Source: Demequinaceae bacterium
GTDB lineage: Bacteria; Actinomycetota; Actinomycetes; Actinomycetales; Demequinaceae
Reading direction: 5' to 3'
Assembly: GCA_965250005.1 (NCBI GenBank)
Contig: OZ252279.1
Coordinates: 240,001-272,000 of the forward strand
DNA: 32,000 bases
In this document: one piece after another, positions 1 through 5,900 of the stretch
Layout: the number at the start of each line of letters is the position of its first letter
Numbering within the stretch: the stretch's first letter is position 1
Position numbers and translations under genes: made by a program
Notes under the pieces: model-generated
Databases searched by the model: none
What the model was told of the DNA's origin: nothing
The model's input: only the letters and a program-made list of their open reading frames with translations

Positions 1-1
1 G

Positions 2-118
2 GCCGACGCCCTGGATGGCGCCTATCAGTTCGGCCTCATCCATCGCGCCGACATGATTGGTCACTTCGAAGCCCGCCGAGGTCAGTATCTCGGTGGCCTG
101 TGGATGAAGATTTTCTAG
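2..118 (+). CDS. 3' end of an unidentified CDS (partial, enters from the left edge)
   Basis: Frame 2 is open from the window edge and reads ...ADALDGAYQFGLIHRADMIGHFEARRGQYLGGLWMKIF, ending at TAG 116-118. Third-position GC is high, as in neighbouring genes. No domain recognised. Confidence 0.3.
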   Translation, partial: ADALDGAYQFGLIHRADMIGHFEARRGQYLGGLWMKIF

Positions 119-193
119 GAGGAGTGCTCGCACGGAAACTATGCTCTCGTACTTTCGTCGGTGGACCAACTTGGCTGGTTTCCGTGGCAGGCT

Positions 194-1003
194 ATGCGCA
201 TGGGTAGAGCAGGCAGATTCACTGTAATGATGGTGGCGTTCGTCGCAGCAGTCTTGGTCGCGTTCGTGTTTTCGGGCCTCACGGTTACCGACGTCCAGCA
301 TCTCGGCACGCCGCGCAACGCCATCGTCGACGGTGGAGAGGAAGTCAGAGTTCCGGTTCCTCCTGCGTCAGATGGGCGCGTGTTGCCTGTCGTTACGTCG
401 CCAAGCGAGGGCGACTATGGATTCATGTTTCTTGATGGCGCTGCCCCCATCCGGTACGACCCATGCCGCCCGATCGAATTTGTCATCGCCCCCAGCGGCG
501 GCCCTCTGGGGGGCGACGATCTCATCAAGGAAGCCTTCGAGCAGGTGTCCACGGCGTCGGGGCTCGCGTTTGTATTCAAGGGCCACACGTCCGAAGAGGC
601 AAGTTTCGAACGGTCGCTGATCCAGCCCGACGTGTACGGCGAAAACTTCGCTCCCGTGATTGTCGGCTGGTCAGATGAGACGGTAGTTGCGGACCTCGCG
701 GGCGCCGTTACAGGACTCGGTGGCTCAAGTTCCGTGACGGGCGCGTACGGGCCAGAGCGCTTTCTGACCTCGGGTGTCGTTATCCTCGACGGCCCAGACA
801 TTCTCGAGCTGCTCGGCACGGAGAACAGTAGGCAGATTGCACTCGCCGTTGTCATGCATGAGCTGGGCCACGTCGTGGGCCTCGCCCATGTCGACAACGA
901 ACTCGAACTGATGAATGCATCCAACACCTGGCTTACGGCGTGGGGAAGCGGAGATCTTGCCGGTCTCGCCGCCGCTGGCGCCGGACCGTGCCAGGAGGTC
1001 TAA
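194..1003 (+). CDS. Membrane-anchored or secreted metzincin-type zinc metalloprotease (matrixin/snapalysin-like)
   Basis: The track ORF is 161-1003. An exact HExxHxxGxxH zinc-binding motif (HELGHVVGLAH) lies at nt 857-889. The N-terminus MRMGRAGRFTVMMVAFVAAVLVAFVF looks like a signal anchor. The start is uncertain between GTG 161, ATG 194 and ATG 200. Confidence 0.75.
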   Translation: MRMGRAGRFTVMMVAFVAAVLVAFVFSGLTVTDVQHLGTPRNAIVDGGEEVRVPVPPASDGRVLPVVTSPSEGDYGFMFLDGAAPIRYDPCRPIEFVIAPSGGPLGGDDLIKEAFEQVSTASGLAFVFKGHTSEEASFERSLIQPDVYGENFAPVIVGWSDETVVADLAGAVTGLGGSSSVTGAYGPERFLTSGVVILDGPDILELLGTENSRQIALAVVMHELGHVVGLAHVDNELELMNASNTWLTAWGSGDLAGLAAAGAGPCQEV

Positions 1004-3168
1004 CCGGCTGGTTGTAGGCCTGCGGGCAGCGAGCCCTGATAGACCACTTCTAGGCTCCTGATGGGCCGCGTGAGCGCCACGTAGAGATCCCCAGGGTGCG
1101 CGGCGATCGTTGCCGGGTCCACAAGTACGACTACATCGAATTCGAGTCCCTTTGCCTCACGTGGCGTCAACACGCTCATGCCCTCTGCCTCGACGTCGGC
1201 GCGCAGGCCCGCGACCTGAACAGGTGGCGCGATGATCGCGACCTCTCCGCCTCCGGTGCGCTCAAGCATTGAGGCGCAATCGAGCGCGATTTGCAGAGCC
1301 GCGGCCAGCGCGTCCTCTGCCTGCGTGAACCGCACGGAGTCCTCCGCGTCGCGCGCGGCGGTCAGCTCGCTCGCAGGAAGTCCAGCGGCGCGGGCATATG
1401 ATTGCGCGACGTCGGCAACGTCAGCTGGGATCCGGTAGGACACGGTGAGTTCGCGGAGCGCCCAGTTCTCTCCGAACAGCCGGTCGAAGGTTTCTGGCCA
1501 CCACCTGGTCCCTGCGCCCGCTGCGGTCTGCGCGACGTCTCCGACGATGGTGAAGGATCGCGACGGGCAGCGCCGGAGGAGCATTCGCCACGCCATGGGC
1601 GATAGTTCCTGCGCCTCGTCGACCACGATGTGGCCAAAGGTCCATGTCCGGTCGCGCGAGGCGCGCTCGGCGACGCTCTCGCCGCTGCGGCCACCCTGCA
1701 TCCGCCGCGCGAGGTCGTCCGCTGAGACCATTCCTCTTGCGCCCGCATTCGAGATCGACTGACGGGCGTAGTCGAGCTCTTCGGAGCTGATCGCGGCCGT
1801 ACGCTTCTTGCGTCCCGGCAACTCGCCGAGAAGCTCCGCGGCCTCGTCAAGTAGCGGCACGTCGGCGTCGGTAAACGCGCCCGTCGCCGGACGGTGAAGG
1901 AGGCCGCATTCGGCGGCCGTTAGTTGCGGCGCCGCGTGCCGGAGCAGGTGCGGATGACGGTAAAGATCGGCAAGTAGTTGGGAGGCCGTGATCGGCAGCC
2001 ACATGAGATTTAGGGCGACCCGAATGTCGCGTGAGTCGCGCAAGTCGCGCGCGATGTCTTCGCGGTCATCCGCGCCAAGGCTCTCGCCCAACTGGTCCAC
2101 GATTTGAGTCGCCAGGCGCGACAACATGTCCTTTGCGAATGCGCTCCGCGCAACGTTGTGCGGGCGGCCGTCGTGCCGTGCCTGCGCTTGAGCGGATCGA
2201 ACATCCTCCCGCTTGATGATGACGATGCGGCCGTCGATCGAGATTTCTTGATTCGTGCGAGGCACTCGCTGGCGCTCGCGCACTGCCGCCTTGATCACTG
2301 CGGCCATGTTCAACCGGCCCTTGACCTCCGCAACGGCGTCGTCCTCGATCGTCTGCGTGTCAATGTTGCGCACGAGGCCACCAAGGGTTGTGGAGATGGC
2401 ACCCGTCTCGCCGAGCGAGGGGAGCACTCTGTCGATGTATCGCAGGAACGACTTCGACGGCCCGATTAGCAAGACACCCGAGCGCTCAAGCTGCTCGCGG
2501 TGGTGATACAGCAAATAGGCAGCGCGGTGTAGGGCGACGGCCGTCTTGCCGGTGCCCGGGCCTCCCTGAACCACAAGCGCCCCGGACATAGGTGAGCGGA
2601 TTACGGCGTCCTGCTCGGCTTGGATGGTGGCGACGATGTCAGTCATTTTCCCGGTTCGACGGGCGTCTAGAGCCGCGAGCAGCGCACCCTCGCCTGCCAG
2701 CTCGCTGGCGTCGCCTCGTTTCCTCAGCGCCTCGACATCCAGAACGTCGTCCTCGATTGCGGTGACTTCGCGACCAATTGTTGTCAGGTGGCGGCGGCTC
2801 ACGACGCCCGCCGGGTTCGCCGCTGTGGCACTATAGAATGACCGAGCGGCGGGCGCCCGCCAGTCCGTTAGCAGGGGAGCGTGCGTCGCGTCGCTGAGGC
2901 CGATCCGACCGACGTAGAACCGGTCATCCAATCCCTGGTCTAGCCGACCGAAGCACAAGCGGTCCTCGACCGCGTCTAACTGCGCGATTCGATCCTCGTA
3001 GAGAGTGGCGAAGGCGTCTCGTTCCGAGCGGTTCTGAGGGGATCCGGATGGCCCCTCGCGGCGGATGGCGTCGAGGCGCGCGGCGGCTTCGTCGCGGATG
3101 GCGTCGAGGCGCGCGTAGAGCACGTTGACCACGGTTTGTTCCGCAGCCAGACCCTGTGCGTCGTGCAT
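1000..3168 (-). CDS. helD: HelD-like UvrD/Rep superfamily-1 ATPase (RNA-polymerase-associated helicase IV family)
   Basis: 722-aa ORF. Walker A is QGGPGTGKTAVALHRAAYLL and a Walker B/DExx-like motif is HIVVDEAQEL. The N-terminal part reads YARLD...RSERDAFATLYEDRIAQLDAVEDRLCFGRLD...FYVGRIGL, typical of actinobacterial HelD. The C-terminal part (KGLEFDVVVLVD) matches SF1 motif VI. Confidence 0.8.
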   Translation of the reverse strand: MHDAQGLAAEQTVVNVLYARLDAIRDEAAARLDAIRREGPSGSPQNRSERDAFATLYEDRIAQLDAVEDRLCFGRLDQGLDDRFYVGRIGLSDATHAPLLTDWRAPAARSFYSATAANPAGVVSRRHLTTIGREVTAIEDDVLDVEALRKRGDASELAGEGALLAALDARRTGKMTDIVATIQAEQDAVIRSPMSGALVVQGGPGTGKTAVALHRAAYLLYHHREQLERSGVLLIGPSKSFLRYIDRVLPSLGETGAISTTLGGLVRNIDTQTIEDDAVAEVKGRLNMAAVIKAAVRERQRVPRTNQEISIDGRIVIIKREDVRSAQAQARHDGRPHNVARSAFAKDMLSRLATQIVDQLGESLGADDREDIARDLRDSRDIRVALNLMWLPITASQLLADLYRHPHLLRHAAPQLTAAECGLLHRPATGAFTDADVPLLDEAAELLGELPGRKKRTAAISSEELDYARQSISNAGARGMVSADDLARRMQGGRSGESVAERASRDRTWTFGHIVVDEAQELSPMAWRMLLRRCPSRSFTIVGDVAQTAAGAGTRWWPETFDRLFGENWALRELTVSYRIPADVADVAQSYARAAGLPASELTAARDAEDSVRFTQAEDALAAALQIALDCASMLERTGGGEVAIIAPPVQVAGLRADVEAEGMSVLTPREAKGLEFDVVVLVDPATIAAHPGDLYVALTRPIRSLEVVYQGSLPAGLQPAG
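3061..3115 (-). repeat. 22-bp perfect direct repeat (period 33 bp) inside the helD 5' region
   Basis: gcggatggcgtcgaggcgcgcg occurs at 3061-3082 and again at 3094-3115. It encodes the duplicated peptide ARLDAIR...ARLDAIR in the N-terminal helix. Confidence 0.9.
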
Positions 3169-3291
3169 TGAGAAGCCCCCAGAATTGACTGGCGTCGAAA
3201 TAGGTCAGCCTTCCATTATGCCAACTGCGTATGGCCTCCGGGTCACGTATACCCGTTTCGGGATGTTGATGCGTGAGACAATGGAGACACG

Positions 3292-4215
3292 ATGAGCGAA
3301 GAACTGGTGACATGGAATGCGGAAGGCGTGGCTGCATGGGCAGAACGCAACAACAAAGACTTGAGCGTGCTGGTGGTGTTTCTTCGTGGGTTTATTGATG
3401 CAGGACACGCGGGACAGATCGCCGCTAGGCATCTCTTGGATCAGGGAGAGCCGACGCGAGTCGCAACGTTTGATGTAGACCGGCTCCTTGACTACCGCTC
3501 TCGCCGCCCCGAAATGGTATTCAACGTGAATTCGTGGAGTGAATACGACGAGCCGTATCTTCAGGTGGACATGCTTTCGGACGCGGCGGGCAAACCGTTC
3601 CTGTTGCTTCACGGACTCGAACCAGACGTGCTGTGGGAGCGCTATATTGCGGCAGTGCGCGACATTGCTGATCGGCTGGGAGTGACGCTTACTGTAGGCG
3701 CACACGGTATTCCCATGGCCGCGCCTCACACGCGGCCGCTTACGGCGACTGTTCACGGAACCCATCCCGACACGTTGCCGGTGTCGCCGAATCTCTTCGC
3801 CACCGTCACGGTGCCGGCTAGCGCGGGCAACCTTCTTGAATACCGGTTCGGACAGTGGGGATTGACGGCCGCTAACGTCGCGGTCCACGTTCCGCATTAC
3901 TTAGCCCAGTCCCGCTATCCGCACGCTGCCGTTCGCGGACTCGCGTCGATCGAGGAGGTCTCCGGTCTCGCACTAGAAACGGATGCGCTCGCCGACGCGA
4001 TCAGCTCCGCCGACGTGGAAATCGCCCGCCAACTGGACGAATCGGACGAGGTTCAGGCGCTCGTCGTCGCCCTCGAAGAGCAGTACGACGCGCTCGTCGA
4101 ATCCCGCGAGGGCGTGCTTCCCGTGGACGGGATGATCCCCACTGCAGACGAATTGGGCGCGGAATTTGAGAAATTCCTTGCCGATCGAGGACCGGAATAC
4201 CCCGGATCGGCCTAA
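3292..4215 (+). CDS. PAC2 (proteasome assembly chaperone 2-like) family protein
   Basis: 307-aa ORF with family-typical stretches: LVVFLRGFIDAGHAGQIAARHLL, HGLEPDVLWERY, GAHGIPMAAPHTRP and HVPHYLAQSRYP. A GGAGA RBS precedes ATG 3292. Confidence 0.85.
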   Translation: MSEELVTWNAEGVAAWAERNNKDLSVLVVFLRGFIDAGHAGQIAARHLLDQGEPTRVATFDVDRLLDYRSRRPEMVFNVNSWSEYDEPYLQVDMLSDAAGKPFLLLHGLEPDVLWERYIAAVRDIADRLGVTLTVGAHGIPMAAPHTRPLTATVHGTHPDTLPVSPNLFATVTVPASAGNLLEYRFGQWGLTAANVAVHVPHYLAQSRYPHAAVRGLASIEEVSGLALETDALADAISSADVEIARQLDESDEVQALVVALEEQYDALVESREGVLPVDGMIPTADELGAEFEKFLADRGPEYPGSA

Positions 4216-4368
4216 TCCGTGTCATAATTGAGTCGTTGCAGTAGGCATCGTGTGCAGTACCTGTCTGGTTTTCCGGCGCAGGATTGGGACACAAGCATTG
4301 CGGCAGCGAGGCCGGACGATTTGTCCGGCTGCCGAGTCCCCTAGGGGAATACAGATAGGAATGCAGTA
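4216..4368 (+). promoter_or_regulatory. cspA promoter plus structured 5' leader
   Basis: The spacer before cspA is 153 nt. A hairpin lies at 4311-4329 (GCCGGAC gattt GTCCGGC), extended by CGGCA/TGCCG (4301-4305 / 4330-4334). A perfect 12-nt palindrome TCCCCTAGGGGA follows at 4337-4348, just 5' of the start. Long structured leaders are typical of cold-shock genes. Confidence 0.4.
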
Positions 4369-4572
4369 ATGGCACAGGGTTCTGTGAAATGGTTCAACTC
4401 TGAAAAGGGCTTTGGATTCATCGCCCAAGACGGCGGCGGCCAGGACGTATTCGTCCACTACTCCGCTATCGAGTCCGACGGCTACCGCTCCCTCGAGGAG
4501 CAGCAGCGTGTTGAGTTCGAGGTCACCGAGGGCCCCAAGGGCCCCCAGGCAGAGAAGGTTCGCCCCATCTAA
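4369..4572 (+). CDS. cspA: Cold-shock protein, CspA family
   Basis: 67 aa. [34 protein letters not shown] carries the RNP1 (KGFGFI) and RNP2 (VFVHY) motifs. Confidence 0.95.
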   Translation: MAQGSVKWFNSEKGFGFIAQDGGGQDVFVHYSAIESDGYRSLEEQQRVEFEVTEGPKGPQAEKVRPI

Positions 4573-4589
4573 TTTGGGCAAATCGTCGC

Positions 4590-4619
4590 GAAGGCCGTCC
4601 CCTCCGGGGGGCGGCCTTC
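4590..4619. terminator. Bidirectional intrinsic terminator between convergent cspA and the methyltransferase gene
   Basis: GAAGGCCG (4590-4597) pairs with CGGCCTTC (4612-4619), with an inner CCCC/GGGG extension. The hairpin starts 18 nt after the cspA stop, and the T-tract after it is weak (gtcgtt). Confidence 0.6.
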
Positions 4620-4651
4620 GTCGTTCCCCGGCAGCGAGAGTATGGTGGCGC

Positions 4652-5425
4652 TCAAGCACCCCAACTCGCGCGCACCACGGTAGGCACTGGCGTAGATGCC
4701 GCGTAGGCTCGCAACCGGTCTGTGGGAATGCGATCGCCGGCAATGAGGACTATGTTGCCGATGCGCTTGCCACCAGATGCACCCGGGTCCCCCACGGCGC
4801 ACGTCGATTTGAAGTAGTTGGCTGCGGCTCGCGCGTCGGCCTGCGGCGCGTGCGTGCGCGGCCGCACGGCGATATTTGCCACCACGATTCCGCCAGGGCG
4901 GACGACGCGCTTGGCCTCTTGCCAGAATCCAGCGTCTGCGAGGTGGGAGGGAGTGGAGTCGCCCGCAAATGCATCGCGCACAATGAGGTCCGCGCTGTCG
5001 GCGTGACGGCCTTGCAGTACTTGTAGAGCATCGGCGACCCGGATGCGCATCCTTGGTGCCCGCGGCAAGTCCCACCACTCACGGGCAAAACTGGCGAGAG
5101 CGCCATCCGTTTCCGCCACGATATGCCGCGAGTCGGGGTACGCGTGAGCGAGGTAGCGCGGCAGCGTGCATATTCCCCCGCCCAGGTGGATAGCGAGCAT
5201 TTTCTCGGGAGGTCTCCAGGCCACCACCGCGCCTGCGATGTGGCGCATGTACTCGAAGTCGAGTCGAGCCGGGTCAAGATGCATGGTCGAACTGGGAACA
5301 CCGTTGACCATGACAGACGTTGAACCATCGGGCTCGTCGCGCAACTCGACGGTGCCCGAATCGATTGGAAGTTGAAGCCGCCGGGCAACTCCTTCTGCGA
5401 TTCGAGAGTTGTAGGGTCGAGCCAT
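4652..5425 (-). CDS. Spermidine-synthase-like, class I SAM-dependent methyltransferase-fold protein
   Basis: 257-aa ORF. A glycine-rich motif I (AIHLGGGICTLPRY) is followed by IVAETD, IVRDAF and VRPGGIVVAN, a layout typical of spermine/spermidine synthase-like proteins. Confidence 0.7.
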   Translation of the reverse strand: MARPYNSRIAEGVARRLQLPIDSGTVELRDEPDGSTSVMVNGVPSSTMHLDPARLDFEYMRHIAGAVVAWRPPEKMLAIHLGGGICTLPRYLAHAYPDSRHIVAETDGALASFAREWWDLPRAPRMRIRVADALQVLQGRHADSADLIVRDAFAGDSTPSHLADAGFWQEAKRVVRPGGIVVANIAVRPRTHAPQADARAAANYFKSTCAVGDPGASGGKRIGNIVLIAGDRIPTDRLRAYAASTPVPTVVRASWGA

Positions 5426-5510
5426 GATGACACACTAACGATTCGCGACTATGAGTTTGGCGCGAAGCAAACTATCCTGGTGTGACAGCACCAGCCTGGA
5501 GGAGGTCAAG

Positions 5511-5900
5511 ATGCCGCTGTCCGAATACGAGCAGCGCGTGCTCGATGAACTTGAGCGCGATCTCGGCACCGACCCCAAATTGAAGAACGCGATGGCGCGG
5601 GCGCCCCGGGCTTCGGGCCGATTGGCGACCACGGTGTTTGGCGTAATCCTCGGCCTCGGAATCGTGGTTGCCGGGGTAATGGCGCAGATTCCGCTTCTTG
5701 GCGTGGCGGGATTCGCCTTGATGATCATCGTGTCGCTATGGTCGCTACTCGGACCGTCGGGCCGGGCCCAGAAGACGGCGAAGGGCGGCAAGGCCGACAC
5801 CAAAGGAGGAGCAGCCAAGGGCAGCAAAAAGGGCCGTCAGGGCTTTATGTCGCGCCTCGAGGAGCGGTTCGAGCGCCGCCGCGAGCAGGGCGATCTGTAG
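5511..5900 (+). CDS. DUF3040-family small membrane protein
   Basis: ATG 5511 is preceded by GGAGGAGG (5498-5505). The protein has the family-typical N-terminus MPLSEYEQRVLDELERDL, two central hydrophobic helices and a C-terminal FMSRLEERFERRREQGDL. The track ORF start at 5451 is probably an over-extension. Confidence 0.8.
   Translation: MPLSEYEQRVLDELERDLGTDPKLKNAMARAPRASGRLATTVFGVILGLGIVVAGVMAQIPLLGVAGFALMIIVSLWSLLGPSGRAQKTAKGGKADTKGGAAKGSKKGRQGFMSRLEERFERRREQGDL

Noticed and set aside
117-122. Perfect AGGAGG right at the stop of the left-edge gene fragment
   Set aside because: No start codon lies at a usable distance. GTG 124 is 1 nt away, ATG 141 is 18 nt away and opens only a ~26-codon ORF, and the protease frame starts at 161 or later. 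It is probably coincidental.
3169-3291. Looked for a rifamycin-associated-element-like palindrome or other operator upstream of helD, in the divergent helD/PAC2 spacer
   Set aside because: Only short, weak inverted repeats such as TGAC...GTCA are present. Nothing is long or symmetric enough to claim from sequence alone.
3205-3897. 230-aa ORF on the minus strand opposite the PAC2 gene
   Set aside because: It is entirely antisense to a CDS with clear family motifs. Its sequence is basic (Arg/His/Lys/Val-rich) with no recognisable domain or RBS. This is a typical shadow ORF of a GC-rich genome.
4750-5433. 227-aa minus-strand ORF overlapping the methyltransferase gene in another frame
   Set aside because: It is on the same strand as the 4652-5425 CDS but out of frame with it. 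That CDS carries the SAM-binding-fold motifs, whereas this alternative frame is Ser/Arg/Pro/Thr-rich with no motif.
5477-5494. 6-bp stem hairpin (CTGGTG tgacag CACCAG) just 5' of the DUF3040 RBS
   Set aside because: The stem is short, with no extension or supporting repeat. Its stability is marginal and it could easily arise by chance.
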